Part shown: positions 1 through 10,526 of the stretch, in pieces | Numbering within the stretch: position 1 is the stretch's first letter | Layout of the letters: each line of letters begins with the position of its first letter | Source: an uncultured Actinomycetota bacterium | Lineage (GTDB): Bacteria > Actinomycetota > Acidimicrobiia > Spongiisociales > UBA4744 | Reading direction: 5' to 3' | Assembly: GCA_963718995.1 (NCBI GenBank) | Contig: CAVRAP010000020.1 | Coordinates: 36,912 to 100,911, forward strand | Length of the DNA: 64,000 nt | Made by a program: the position numbers and the translations under genes | Notes under the pieces: generated by a model | Databases searched by the model: none | Told to the model about the DNA's origin: nothing | The model's input: the letters and a program-made list of their open reading frames with translations, nothing else

Positions 1-192
1 CAAGTCCTCTTGACCGGCGGGAACGACCGCCACTCCGGCAGACCCCTCCTCGTTTCCTTCTGAGGCGGCGAAGATCTTGGCCCCTTCACGCACGTAGGCC
101 AAGCCGTCGTCGAGCAGCACAAAGACGTCGGGCGCGATTTCCTCGCAGAGCCCATCTCCTGTGCAGAGGTCCTGATCGATCCATACCTTCAT
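1..192 (-). CDS. Ferredoxin (Cys-x2-Asp-Gly-x-Cys type), 5' portion; gene runs off window start
   Basis: Reverse-complement translation from ATG at 192-190 gives MKVWIDQDLCTGDGLCEEIAPDVF..., typical of actinobacterial small ferredoxins. An AGGAG Shine-Dalgarno sits 6 nt upstream on the - strand. Not in the ORF track because it is partial. Confidence 0.55.
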   Translation of the reverse strand, partial: MKVWIDQDLCTGDGLCEEIAPDVFVLLDDGLAYVREGAKIFAASEGNEEGSAGVAVVPAGQEDL

Positions 193-339
193 GGTCTGCT
201 CCTGGTAGCCAATGGTTGTGAGCGCGACGCTGGATCTTAGCGACAGGGTGATTATGCACGCGATTTCCGGCAGCCTTGAAGACTCGGGAGAAGTCTCGCG
301 CTCTTCGTATACTGAAAAGGACTGACGTCGAGGTGAGTA

Positions 340-2077
340 ATGAACCCAGGGACCGAAGACCCGAGACAAGCAGAAGAGATATCGGCGCTACGGGCAACCG
401 CGCGCTCGCTGCAGGAAGAACTGGTCGTCTTGCGCCGTCGTCTTCAGGACGCTCCGACCAGGATGCGCATGCTGGAGGAACGGCTTACCGAGACAAAAGG
501 CCGTCTGGCGCAGGCCATAGCTCAGAACGACAAGTTGTCGGCCGTGCTCGAGGAAGCCCGGCAGCAATTGGCCGTGCTCCGGGAAGAGGTCGAGAAGCTG
601 TCCGCACCCCCGAACGCTTTCGGGGCCATCCTGGGTATCAACGAGGATGGGACCGTCGATGTCATGATGGGCGGCCGAAAGCTCCGGGTCAATGCCCAGC
701 CGAACATCGAAGTGAAGCAACTCCAGGTCGGCCAGGAAGTCCTGCTCAACGAATCCATGAACCTCATCGATGTGCGCGATTTCGAGCCGACCGGTGAAGT
801 GGCAGCCGTCAAGGAAAACCTGGGCGACGGGCGCCTGCTCGTGTTGGCCCACGCCGACGAGGAGCGGGTGGTCGAATTGGCCGACTCGATGGCCGGACAG
901 CCGCTTCGGGCCGGCGATCACGTACGGATCGACTCGCGATCCGGCCTGGTGCTGGAGAGAATCAACAGACCAGAAGTCGAGGAACTGGTCCTGGAAGAAG
1001 TGCCGGACGTCACCTACGAGCAGGTGGGCGGTTTGCGAGGTCAGATCGAGACCATTCGCGACGCCGTTGAGTTGCCCTATGTGCACAAGGAAAGATTTGA
1101 TCGCTACGGGCTGGAAGCCCCCAAGGGGGTGCTCCTCTACGGGCCCCCCGGGTGCGGCAAAACGCTCATTGCCAAGGCCGTTGCCAACAGCCTGGCGAAG
1201 GCGGTCGCCAACCGGATGGGCAGTGATGACGCCAAGTCGTACTTCCTGAATATCAAGGGACCGGAGTTGCTCAACAAGTACGTTGGCGAGACCGAACGCC
1301 AGATCCGCTTGATCTTCCAGCGGGCCAAAGAGAAATCCGACGAAGGGGTGCCCGTCATCGTGTTCTTCGATGAGATGGACTCCCTGTTTCGGACCCGGGG
1401 GACCGGTATTTCATCGGATGTCGAGTCGACCATCGTCCCGCAGTTGCTTTCTGAACTCGACGGTGTCGAGAGCCTCAAGAACGTGATCGTGATCGGTGCA
1501 TCCAACCGGGAGGACCTCATCGACCCGGCCATCCTCCGTCCTGGCAGGCTGGACGTGAAGATCAAGATCAGCCGCCCCGATGCGGATGCTGCCCGGCAGA
1601 TCTTCGGCATTTATCTCGGAGGCGGACATACCGCTCGACGAAGGCGAGGTTGCGGCTGCGGGCATCAGCGATCTGTTGGTCGCCAAGATGATCGACAATA
1701 CGGTCGAGTTGATGTACTCGACGGAACCCGAGAATCGTTTCCTGGAGGTCACCTATGCCAACGGGGACCGGGAGGTGCTCTTCTTCAAGGACTTTTCGAG
1801 CGGTGCCATGATCGAGAACATCGTCCGGCGCGCCAAGAAGGACGCCATCAAGCGGGAGATCGCGGCAGGGCCGAGCGGGTTGCGGGTCACGGATCTGCTG
1901 GCAGCCATCAAACAAGAGTTCGCCGAACACGAAGACCTTCCCAACACAACCAATCCGGACGACTGGGCGAAGATCTCGGGCAAGAAAGGCGAGCGGATCG
2001 TCTACGTTCGCACGCTGATCGAGGGTGAAGCTGAAGGTAAGTCGATCGAAGCTATCTCCACCGGCCAGTACCTCTGA
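340..2077 (+). pseudogene. arc: Proteasome-associated AAA+ ATPase ARC/Mpa, interrupted by +1 frameshift near 1615-1625
   Basis: N-terminal coiled coil, Walker A GPPGCGKT, and a C-terminal ORF (1580..2077) ending in the Mpa-specific proteasome-docking GQYL motif. Frame 1 (...IFGIYL) continues seamlessly in frame 2 ([11 protein letters not shown]...) if one G is removed from ctcGGAGGcgg. Confidence 0.9.
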
Positions 2078-2079
2078 TT

Positions 2080-3602
2080 GTGACCGTCCACAAAGTCTGC
2101 GGGATCGAGACTGAATACGGCAGTCTCGGTTCGCAACCAGGCGGATTTCAATCCGGCGATCGCCTCCGGGTTGGTAGTGAATTCCTACGCAGGAACCCGA
2201 GCGCGGGTGCAGTGGTCGTTCGAGGAAGAGTCACCGGGTCGGGACGCTCGCGGATTCGGGGTTGAGGGGGCAGTTGTCGCCGACTACGACAGCGCTCTCG
2301 TCAATGTGGTCCTATCCAACGGTGCCCGGCTGTACGTCGATCATGCCCACCCCGAGTACGCAACGCCAGAGTGTTTCGATCCGCTCGAAGCCGCTCTCCA
2401 CGACAAGGCTGGAGAGGTGGTCATGGCCAGGGCGGGGATCTCAGCGGGTGCGCTCCTGGAACCCGGACAACGAATGGGTCTGTACAAGAACAACAGCGAT
2501 GGAAAGGGCAATTCGTACGGGACCCACGAGAACTACTTGCTCTCCCGTGAGTTGCCGTTTGCCGACGTCATTCAATACTTCACGACCTTCCTGGTGAGCC
2601 GGCAGCTCTACACCGGATCAGGAAAAGTCGGGTCTGAGAACGGTCGCCCGGCCGTCCCGTTTCAGTTGACCCAACGGGCGGACTTCTTCGAGGAACGAGT
2701 CGGGCTCGAAACAACTCTGAAAAGGCCCATCATCAACACCCGCGACGAACCGCACGGAGACCCGACGAAATACCGGCGCCTCCACGTGATCATCGGTGAC
2801 GCGAACCTCTCCGAGATCCAGACGTTCGTCAAGCTCGGGACGGCATCGCTGTTCCTGGCAGCCCTCGAGGATGGGGCTCTGCCGGATCCGGTTGAGCTGG
2901 AGGATCCGGTGGCCGCCACCTGGCAGGTCAGCCACGACCTTGGCTTGCAGCTTCCCCTGTCGCTCGCGGAAGGTGGGTCGGCGACGGCCCTCGAGCTGTC
3001 CTGGCAATACCTGGAATGGCTGACGAAGTATGCGGAACAGGTGGCCCCGAACCCGATCTATGAACGCGTCTTGAGCTTATGGGAGGGGATCCTGACCGAC
3101 CTCGAGACGAGACCCGGTCCTTCTCGCGGACCGGTTGGATTGGGCGGCCAAACTTCGAATTTTGGAAGGCTTCCGGGCGCGGGACGACCTGGCGTGGGAT
3201 GATCCGAAGCTGCAGGCCCTGGATCTTCAGTACCACGATGTCGATCCGGAGCGCGGCCTCTACTACCGGCTGGCCGGGCGGGGTTCGATGCAGCGCCTCT
3301 TCACCGACGACGAGATCGAGGCGGCAGTTGCCGAGCCGCCCGAACGCACCCGGGCGTACTTTCGAGGTCGCTGCGTTGCGAGGTTCTCCCCATCGCTGGT
3401 CGCGGCCAACTGGGATTCGTTGGTGTTCGAAGTGGGGGAAGATACGCTGAAGCGGGTGCCTATGATGGAACCGCTGCGGGGGACGAAAGAACATGTTGAT
3501 ACCGTGCTGGAACGGGCGGCTGATGCGGCCGAATTGGTTCGAGCACTAGGAGGTAGCAATGGCCGAACAGGAACGGAAGAAGGTCCAGCGGAAGGGAACT
3601 GA
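2080..3602 (+). pseudogene. dop: Pup deamidase/depupylase Dop, two +1 frameshifts (about 2150-2200 and about 3105)
   Basis: The protein is spread over three frames: MTVHKVCGIETEYG (frame of 2080), then ...[14 protein letters not shown]...GNSYGTHENY...[10 protein letters not shown] (2171..3202), then ...LADRLDWAAKLRILEG...LQYHDV... (3135..3602). These are Dop/PafA-family motifs. It lies between arc and pup as in mycobacteria. Confidence 0.85.
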
Positions 3603-3753
3603 AGCTGAGTCCGAGGCCGTGCAACCTGTCTCTGGCGAGACGGCTGCCGAGACGACCGAAAAGATCGACGAGTTGCTTGACGAGATAGATGAGGTCCTCG
3701 AGGAGAACGCCGAGGAGTTCGTCAAGAACTACGTCCAAAAGGGCGGGCAATGA
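3559..3753 (+). CDS. pup: Prokaryotic ubiquitin-like protein Pup
   Basis: 64 aa, acidic, disordered, with a C-terminal ...YVQKGGQ (GGQ terminus). Located between dop and prcB. Confidence 0.9.
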   Translation: MAEQERKKVQRKGTEAESEAVQPVSGETAAETTEKIDELLDEIDEVLEENAEEFVKNYVQKGGQ

Positions 3754-4547
3754 GCGTCGACCGATTCACCGGCGGATTGCCCGCCGGTGCTCCGGCGCCG
3801 GGTACCAGCTTCACCGACCTCCTTCGATCATTGGATCTTGCCCCGGAATGGAAAGGAGCCGCCACCATCGGCTCCGTTCCAGCTCCGGAAGGCACCACGG
3901 TGCTGGCTCTTCGATATGCAGACGGGGTCGTGATGGTCGGTGACCGCCAGGCCACCGAGGGTCACCAGGTCGCCCATCGCAGGATTCAGAAAGTCTTCCA
4001 AGCCGACGCCTACTCAGCCGTTGCGATTTCGGGAACGGCCGGCTTGGCGATCGAAATGGTGCGTCTGTTCCAGACGGAACTGGAGCACTACGAGAAACTC
4101 GAAGGAGCCAGACTCAGCCTCGAGGGCAAGGCCACGTATCTGGCCCGGATGGTCCGTGCGCAGCTTCCGATGGTCTTCCAGGGTTTGGTGGTCGTGCCGC
4201 TCTTCGCAGGCTTCGATGAGTCCGCCCAGGAAGGACGCCTCTACACCTTCGACGTTGTCGGAGGGCGTTACGAGGAGCACGACTTCGGGGCAACCGGCTC
4301 AGGCGGCCGGGACGCCAAATCGTACTTGCGGGGTGCCTTTGCGGAAGGTCTCGACGAAGGCGCAGCCCTCGATGTCGCTCTGGGGGCCCTGGTCGCTGCC
4401 GCCGAAGAAGACACGGCTACCGGCGGCCCGGACGTTCAGCGCGGGATCTTCCCGAATGTTGTGACGGTCACCGCGGCAGGGTTTCGGGAAATCCCTGAGG
4501 AACGAGTTGCCTCGATAGCAGCGGTGGCGATGGAGGCAACGCGATGA
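3750..4547 (+). CDS. prcB: 20S proteasome beta subunit
   Basis: Propeptide followed by GTTVLALRY (active-site Thr), proteasome beta family. Stop overlaps the prcA start. Confidence 0.9.
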   Translation: MSVDRFTGGLPAGAPAPGTSFTDLLRSLDLAPEWKGAATIGSVPAPEGTTVLALRYADGVVMVGDRQATEGHQVAHRRIQKVFQADAYSAVAISGTAGLAIEMVRLFQTELEHYEKLEGARLSLEGKATYLARMVRAQLPMVFQGLVVVPLFAGFDESAQEGRLYTFDVVGGRYEEHDFGATGSGGRDAKSYLRGAFAEGLDEGAALDVALGALVAAAEEDTATGGPDVQRGIFPNVVTVTAAGFREIPEERVASIAAVAMEATR

Positions 4548-5218
4548 GCATGCCGTTCTACGTTCCGCCGGAGCAGCTGGTCAAGGATCGTGCGGAGTAC
4601 GCCAGGAAGGGTATTGCCCGCGGCCGGTCCATCGTTGCGATGGAATACGTTGACGGGGTGCTGCTCCTCGCTGAGAACCCCAGCCGGACCCTGTACAAGA
4701 TCAGTGAGATCTACGATCGGATCGCGTTCGCCGGTGTCGGCAAATACAACGAATTCGAAGCTCTCCGGGTAGCCGGTATCAGGCATGCTGATCTCAAGGG
4801 TTACATGTACGGCCGGCCCGACGTCGCTGCGAAAGGGCTCGCCAACGCATTCTCCCAAACACTGGGAAACATCTTCACTCACGAAATCAAGCCGTATGAA
4901 GTCGAGATACTCGTTACTGAAGTCGGGAGAGATGGGGCGGACAACAAGCTCTTCAAGGTTACCTACGACGGCACGCTCTACGACGAACGAGGCTTCTGTG
5001 CCATCGGCGGCCAGGCGGACATCCTGACGACGACCCTGGCCGAGCTTTACGAAGCGCCGGGTTCTCTGAACGAGACGGTGCACATGGTGGCCGATGCCTT
5101 CGCGCAAGTCGAACAACGAGAGATCGATGGTTGGGAAGCGGCGGTCCTCGACGGTACCGGCGAACGTCGCACCTTCCGACGACTCACCCAGGAAGAGATC
5201 ACCAGCGCGCTCGCCTAA
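4544..5218 (+). CDS. prcA: 20S proteasome alpha subunit
   Basis: MSMPFYVPPEQLVKDRAEYARKGIARGRS... matches actinobacterial PrcA. Confidence 0.9.
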   Translation: MSMPFYVPPEQLVKDRAEYARKGIARGRSIVAMEYVDGVLLLAENPSRTLYKISEIYDRIAFAGVGKYNEFEALRVAGIRHADLKGYMYGRPDVAAKGLANAFSQTLGNIFTHEIKPYEVEILVTEVGRDGADNKLFKVTYDGTLYDERGFCAIGGQADILTTTLAELYEAPGSLNETVHMVADAFAQVEQREIDGWEAAVLDGTGERRTFRRLTQEEITSALA

Positions 5219-5239
5219 CCGAGCGGTCCCGGTTCAGAA

Positions 5240-5596
5240 CTAGGCGCCCAGCACCCGCGCGTAGCCAAAAACGGCGATCAGCACCGCCGCCACCAGCCAC
5301 CATATCCACGAGCGCAGGGGAGAGGTCGATAGCCCCGGGCCGATGGTGTCCACGTCGGCAACGATGGCGTCGACGTCGGCAGCCAGAAGAATGAGGCGGG
5401 CTTCGTCCATGCGATCGGGCGGGATCCAGATTTCGGTCACCGCCATGGCTCCGATGTTGAGGCGGTACGGGCCGAGAGCTTCGCCGCGCACCCGGGCGTC
5501 GATCCCTTCCGAATCCAGGCGGGCTCTGAGCAGCATGGCCTGGTTCGGATCACTGACTTTTGCGAGGAGCACAAAACTCGATTCCATCCTCGCCAT
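5240..5596 (-). CDS. DUF2007-like putative signal-transducing protein with C-terminal TM helix
   Basis: 118 aa with a ...LLRARLDSEGIDARV...GPYRLNIG... pattern and a C-terminal hydrophobic helix. It is the only convincing - strand gene in this block. Confidence 0.5.
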   Translation of the reverse strand: MARMESSFVLLAKVSDPNQAMLLRARLDSEGIDARVRGEALGPYRLNIGAMAVTEIWIPPDRMDEARLILLAADVDAIVADVDTIGPGLSTSPLRSWIWWLVAAVLIAVFGYARVLGA

Positions 5597-5658
5597 TCTG
5601 AGGCATCCCGGTAGTTAGCACAGGTCCGTGGCGATGAACCGGGCCGGGGTACCCTGAC

Positions 5659-7017
5659 GTGGTGCATCGACGGATCTTCGGTATCGAAAACGAATACGGT
5701 GTGACCTGCACGTTGCGCGGCCAGCGGCGGCTCAGCCCCGACGAAGTGGCCCGTTATCTCTTCCGGCGGGTGGTCAGCTGGGGGCGCTCCTCGAACGTCT
5801 TCCTGGAGAACGGCGCCCGTCTCTATCTCGACGTGGGGAGCCACCCCGAATACGCCACGCCCGAATGTGACAACGTGCTCGATGTGGTCGCCCACGATAA
5901 GGCGGGCGAGCGGATCCTGGAGGAATTGGTCGTTTCGGCTGAAGAGCGCCTGGCCGAAGAAGGCATACGCGGGGAAATCTTCCTCTTCAAGAACAACACC
6001 GACTCGGCCGGCAACTCGTACGGGTGCCATGAGAACTACCTGGTTGGGAGGCACGGTGACTTCCAGAAAATGGTGGACACGCTGATCCCGTTCCTGGTTA
6101 CGCGTCAGATCTTCATCGGGGCAGGAAAACTGCTCCAAACGGCGCGTGGGACCGTGTACAGCGTTGCGCAACGGGCCGAGCACATCTGGGAAGGCGTTTC
6201 GTCGGCGACCACGCGAAGTCGGCCCATCATCAACACCAGGGATGAGCCCCATGCAGACGCCGAACGCTATCGCCGTTTGCATGTCATCGCCGGCGATTCG
6301 AACATGTCGGAATACGCAACCTACGTGAAGATGGGGACGGTTGCCGCTCTGCTGCAAATGCTCGAAGATGACGTGGTCTTTCGGGACCTGAGCCTCGAGA
6401 ATCCGATCCGGGCGATCAGAGAAATCAGTCACGACACAACCTGCCGGCGCAAAGTTCGCTTGAGTAACGGTCGGGAGTTGTCCGCCCTCGATATCCAATG
6501 GGAGTACCTCGACCGGGCGATTCGATACAGCCGCAGCCCGGGGTTTCCGGCACCTGTGCAGCGCGCCATCGAGATGTGGGAGCACCTGTTGACCGGCTTG
6601 GAGAAGGACCCGATGACGCTGGAACGCGAGGTCGACTGGGTGGCGAAGTACCAGCTCATCGAACGCTACCGGGCCCGCTGGGACCTGTCGCTGTCCGACC
6701 CGAAGATTGCACTGGTCGACCTTTCGTATCACGATGTCAACCGGCAGCGAGGCTTGTTCTACTTGCTGCAACGCAAAGGCATGGTGGACAGGGTGGTCAC
6801 CGACGACGCCATCGATGACGCCATGGTCCGGCCTCCCCAGACAACCCGGGCCCGGTTGCGGGGCGAATTCATCAAGGCAGCCAAGGCCAAGAAGCGGGAC
6901 TTCACCGTCGACTGGGTCCACTTGAAGCTGAACGATCAAGCCCAGCGCACCGTCTTGTGCAAAGACCCTTTCAAGGCGACCGATGAACGGGTCGAGAAGC
7001 TGATCAGCAGTCTGTGA
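5659..7017 (+). CDS. pafA: Pup--protein ligase PafA
   Basis: [14 protein letters not shown]...[11 protein letters not shown]...[10 protein letters not shown]...[12 protein letters not shown]... Intact 452 aa paralogue of Dop. Confidence 0.9.
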   Translation: MVHRRIFGIENEYGVTCTLRGQRRLSPDEVARYLFRRVVSWGRSSNVFLENGARLYLDVGSHPEYATPECDNVLDVVAHDKAGERILEELVVSAEERLAEEGIRGEIFLFKNNTDSAGNSYGCHENYLVGRHGDFQKMVDTLIPFLVTRQIFIGAGKLLQTARGTVYSVAQRAEHIWEGVSSATTRSRPIINTRDEPHADAERYRRLHVIAGDSNMSEYATYVKMGTVAALLQMLEDDVVFRDLSLENPIRAIREISHDTTCRRKVRLSNGRELSALDIQWEYLDRAIRYSRSPGFPAPVQRAIEMWEHLLTGLEKDPMTLEREVDWVAKYQLIERYRARWDLSLSDPKIALVDLSYHDVNRQRGLFYLLQRKGMVDRVVTDDAIDDAMVRPPQTTRARLRGEFIKAAKAKKRDFTVDWVHLKLNDQAQRTVLCKDPFKATDERVEKLISSL

Positions 7018-7089
7018 GTGATGAGGTATCAGTCACCAGATACATGATCCTTCCCCGCTGAAGTCGGCGCCCATACACTGGTTCTCGCA

Positions 7090-8010
7090 ATGAAACGTGT
7101 GATCGAACGCCTGCTCAACCTCTTGGCCTTCTTGCTAACAACCGGACGGCCGGTCTCGGCGGACGAAATCCGCTCGACGGTTGCCGGCTACGACCAGGAA
7201 AACGACGAAGCGTTCCGGCGTATGTTCGAGCGGGACAAAGATTTGCTCCGCAACATGGGCATACCGCTCGAATTGCGGCCGACGGACGTGTGGGAAGTTG
7301 AATTTGGATACGTCGTTCCGCGTGATGAGTACGAGCTCCCCGATCCCGGGTTGACCGATGAAGAACGCGCTGCGCTATGGCTGTCCGCTCAGGTAGTGCG
7401 CCTGGGTGGGCAACCGTCAGGACCCGAGGCCTTACTGAAGCTGGGCGGTGGCGCAATGTCCGGAGCAGGGGAGCCGCTGGCAGCCGACCTCGGCCAGTCG
7501 GCTGCGTCGCTGGCAGTGGTTTTCCAGGCCGTGACGGACCGCCGGGTCTTGAGCTTCGCCTATCGCAGCCGTGCCCGGCAGGTCCACCCGTATGGTCTTG
7601 TGCACCAGCGAGGCCATTGGTATCTCGTTGCTGCCGAAAGCGGCGAGGTGCGGGCGTACCGGATAGACCGGGGCTCGGAATACGCGGCGGAGGGTTCATC
7701 GGGAGCGTTCGACCGGCCGGCGGGCTTCCGACTTCGCGAGGCTCTCCCTTCTCTGCCGTGGCAGGCGGGTGAGGAAGACCTGGAAGCGATCGTGCGGTTC
7801 GATCCTGAGGTCGCCTGGTGGGCCAGGCGTCAGTTGGCCGAACCGGCATCTGAGCTAGCGGACGGAGGGCTCGAAGCGCGGATACACGTAGCCAATCCTG
7901 CCGCATTCATCGGCTGGCTGCTGGCCTTCGAGGATCATGCCGAAATCATGAGTCCAGCGATTCTCCGCACCCAGTTGCTCGATCTGGTGAGGGGTGATCG
8001 TGATGAGTAG
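7090..8010 (+). CDS. pafB: WYL-domain transcriptional regulator PafB
   Basis: N-terminal HTH and WYL-type middle domain. Position after pafA. Confidence 0.8.
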   Translation: MKRVIERLLNLLAFLLTTGRPVSADEIRSTVAGYDQENDEAFRRMFERDKDLLRNMGIPLELRPTDVWEVEFGYVVPRDEYELPDPGLTDEERAALWLSAQVVRLGGQPSGPEALLKLGGGAMSGAGEPLAADLGQSAASLAVVFQAVTDRRVLSFAYRSRARQVHPYGLVHQRGHWYLVAAESGEVRAYRIDRGSEYAAEGSSGAFDRPAGFRLREALPSLPWQAGEEDLEAIVRFDPEVAWWARRQLAEPASELADGGLEARIHVANPAAFIGWLLAFEDHAEIMSPAILRTQLLDLVRGDRDE

Positions 8011-8932
8011 GACCGCTCGCCGGCTCACCAGGATCCTGTCGATGGTTCCGTGGGTGATCGCCCATCAAGGAGCGAGTGTGAGCGACGTGTGCGGGAGGTT
8101 TGGCTACACCGAACGTGAACTACTCGAAGATCTCAACCTGGTGTTCGTGTGCGGCCTGCCCGGGTACGGACCCGGTGATCTCATGGTGGCCTACGTTGAG
8201 AACGATGAAGTGATCGTCGACATGGCCGAGTACTTCTCCCGTCCGTTTCGCCTCACTCCGGCCGAGGCCCTGGGCTTGCTGGCTTCGGGCTCGGCGCTCG
8301 TGAGCACCTCGCAGGCACCCGAAGTTCTCGAGAAAGCGGTCGGCAAGCTGGCATCTGCTCTCGGTATCGATCCCGACGAGGCTGTGGTCGTCGACCTGGC
8401 GGGTGAGTCGGAGCTGGTCACGATACTCCGCCAGAGCGTGAGCGAGAGGCGAGTCGTCTCGCTCACGTACACGTCGCTCGGCAAGGGCGAAACCCGGGAG
8501 CGACTGGTTGAACCGTGGTCGGTGTTCTCGACGCTCGGCAACTGGTACCTGTCGGGCTTCTGCCGGACGGCAGGGGCCGAAAGGGTGTTCCGCGTCGATC
8601 GGATCCAGCAGGCGCACCTCGCCGATGAGACCTTCACGCCACCGCAGGAACCGCCCCCGCCGGAGGTTCGCTATACGCCCTCTGAGGACGATGTGCGGGC
8701 CACCATCGAACTCGGGGACCGGGCCCGATGGGTGGCCGAGTACTACCCGGTTGAGGTGCTGTCGGATTCAGGTTCGACCATGGTTATTGAGTTCTCAGCA
8801 GCGGACGCTTCCGTTGCCGCCCGCCTGTTGCTCCGGCTGGGACCCGACGCCCGGCTGGTTAAAGGGCCAGAAACGGAAGCCGCTCTCCACGATCTGCGGA
8901 GGCGCATTCTCGCCCGCTACGAAGGCCGTTGA
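7994..8932 (+). CDS. pafC: WYL-domain transcriptional regulator PafC
   Basis: Paralogue of PafB immediately downstream, overlapping by 17 nt. Confidence 0.8.
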   Translation: MIVMSRTARRLTRILSMVPWVIAHQGASVSDVCGRFGYTERELLEDLNLVFVCGLPGYGPGDLMVAYVENDEVIVDMAEYFSRPFRLTPAEALGLLASGSALVSTSQAPEVLEKAVGKLASALGIDPDEAVVVDLAGESELVTILRQSVSERRVVSLTYTSLGKGETRERLVEPWSVFSTLGNWYLSGFCRTAGAERVFRVDRIQQAHLADETFTPPQEPPPPEVRYTPSEDDVRATIELGDRARWVAEYYPVEVLSDSGSTMVIEFSAADASVAARLLLRLGPDARLVKGPETEAALHDLRRRILARYEGR

Positions 8933-9072
8933 GCGCATCCCGCCTGGTCCTGGTTCCCTGTCGAACCCGGTCCGTTACTAGTGCGGTAGGACTATTTCCC
9001 AATAGCCCCTTCAGCCCGACGCCCGTCCGGCCGATAACCCGTGTGTACGAAACGGTTAGCGGAGAAGACCGA

Positions 9073-9375
9073 ATGACCACCATCAAGACGACATGCGAAC
9101 GGTGCGGAGACGTTGAGCTAGAACCCGACGATCTCGCCCTCGAACTCGATCCCACCCAGGAGTCAGGCGTCTACGTTTTCACATGCCCGTCTTGTGTCGC
9201 CGTGCAACGGCGACCCGCCAACCCCCGGGTGGTCAACGTGCTCCTCGCCACAGGCGTCAGCTACGAGGTTGTGGCTCCCTCGCCGTTCGAGGACCCGATC
9301 ACGGAAGCTGAGATCGAAGCCTTTTCGAGCCGGCTTTACGGGGAAGAAGATCTCCTCCGGCTGCTCACTTCCTAA
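9073..9375 (+). CDS. Hypothetical small protein with CxxC...CxxC zinc-ribbon
   Basis: ATG at 9073 preceded by GGAGAAG. Sequence MTTIKTTCERCGD...FTCPSCVAV... Good GC3 bias. No homologue recognised. Confidence 0.5.
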   Translation: MTTIKTTCERCGDVELEPDDLALELDPTQESGVYVFTCPSCVAVQRRPANPRVVNVLLATGVSYEVVAPSPFEDPITEAEIEAFSSRLYGEEDLLRLLTS

Positions 9376-9450
9376 AAGAGCGATCGGCTTCACGGTCCTC
9401 AGAGTCTCGAAGTGCAGCACACCGTGTGGCACTAGCATGCCGCCCGCGTC

Positions 9451-9810
9451 ATGTTCGACTCAATCAGCTTCACCGAACTCATCACGATTCTGCTGATCGC
9501 CCTGATCGTGTTCGGGCCTGAGCGGCTCCCCGAACTCGCCAGAAAAGCCGGCACGTGGGCCAGAGAGATCCGTCGGACGGCCAGTGAGTTTCGCCGTGGG
9601 TTGGACCAAGAGGTCGGTGACCTCAAGCAACCATTCACAGAGATCAAGACCGATCTTGACAAAGCTCGCGGTGAGCTGAAGGCGGCCGGGGACGAGGTCA
9701 AGAAATCTGTTGAGTGGATCGGTCCGCCCCCCCTGGTTGGTCCGTCACCCGACGAAGCGGCCGCCGACCAGCCGGTCGACCCGCCCGAGTTGCCGGAGGC
9801 CGGCGAGTGA
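9451..9810 (+). CDS. tatA: Sec-independent translocase protein TatA/TatB family
   Basis: MFDSISFTELITILLIALIVFGPERLPELARKAG... TM helix, amphipathic helix and acidic tail. Confidence 0.8.
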   Translation: MFDSISFTELITILLIALIVFGPERLPELARKAGTWAREIRRTASEFRRGLDQEVGDLKQPFTEIKTDLDKARGELKAAGDEVKKSVEWIGPPPLVGPSPDEAAADQPVDPPELPEAGE

Positions 9811-10526
9811 CGGAAGAAGAGCGGCGCCAACCGATCCTCGAACATCTCAACGAACTTCGCTGGCGTCTCGTGAAGTCCGCCGTGGCGCTGACCGTTGGGG
9901 CGGTCGTCGCCTTCTTCTTCCGGGACTGGCTATTTGATCTCCTCGAGAGCCCGTACCGCCTGGCCATCGACAACACAGATGCCCTCGCTCAATTTCAGGT
10001 GACGGAAGGCTTCTCGGTTGCCATGCGCCTGGCGCTCTTCGGTGGGACGCTGTTGGCCAGTCCGGTTTTGCTCTATCAGATCTGGGCGTTCGTCAACCCG
10101 GCCCTCACACCTCGGGAACGCAAGTGGACGATTCCGATTGTCATCGCACTGGCTGTTCTGTTCAGCGGGGGCGTGATTTTTGGATACATCATCCTGCCGC
10201 GAGGTCTCGAGTTTCTGCTGGGAATCCAGAGCGGTCTGGAGCCCATCATCGGTGTGAGCAGCTATATCTCCCTGGCCCTGCGGTTCTTGCTGGTTTTCGG
10301 ACTCGCGTTCGAGTTTCCCGTGTTCTTGTTCGCGGCTTCGGCCGTCGGGTTGGTGTCATCGGACCAACTCGCTCGGGGACGGCGGTGGGCCGTGCTGACC
10401 ATCGTTGTGGTTGGGGCCGTTGTCACCCCGACCGGAGATCCCCTCACCCTTCTGGCTCTTTCCGTCCCGCTCTACCTGCTGTATGAGTTGACCATCCTGC
10501 TGGTCAAAGTGATCCTGCGGAAATGA
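9807..10526 (+). CDS. tatC: Sec-independent translocase TatC
   Basis: GTG at 9807 overlaps the tatA stop. Six predicted TM segments. ...HLNELRWRLVKS... TatC signature. Confidence 0.85.
   Translation: MTEEERRQPILEHLNELRWRLVKSAVALTVGAVVAFFFRDWLFDLLESPYRLAIDNTDALAQFQVTEGFSVAMRLALFGGTLLASPVLLYQIWAFVNPALTPRERKWTIPIVIALAVLFSGGVIFGYIILPRGLEFLLGIQSGLEPIIGVSSYISLALRFLLVFGLAFEFPVFLFAASAVGLVSSDQLARGRRWAVLTIVVVGAVVTPTGDPLTLLALSVPLYLLYELTILLVKVILRK

Noticed and set aside
276-313. A sigma-70 promoter for arc (TTGAAG...TATACT).
   Set aside because: The -10-like TATACT at 308-313 is plausible, but the only -35-like hexamer is 26 nt away, so the spacing does not fit. Left uncalled.
1600-3130. Programmed ribosomal frameshifting in arc and dop.
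   Set aside because: No slippery heptamers or downstream structures at the shift sites. Equivalent indels occur in more than a dozen unrelated genes, which favours error or decay.
388-7906. Many long - strand ORFs overlapping the + strand genes (e.g. 388..1086, 5437..6939, 7115..7906, 22134..23108, 43505..44665).
   Set aside because: In a genome with about 68% GC, the antisense frames of real genes stay open by chance. These ORFs have Arg/Pro/Gly-rich low-complexity translations and no motifs, and each overlaps a strongly supported + strand gene.
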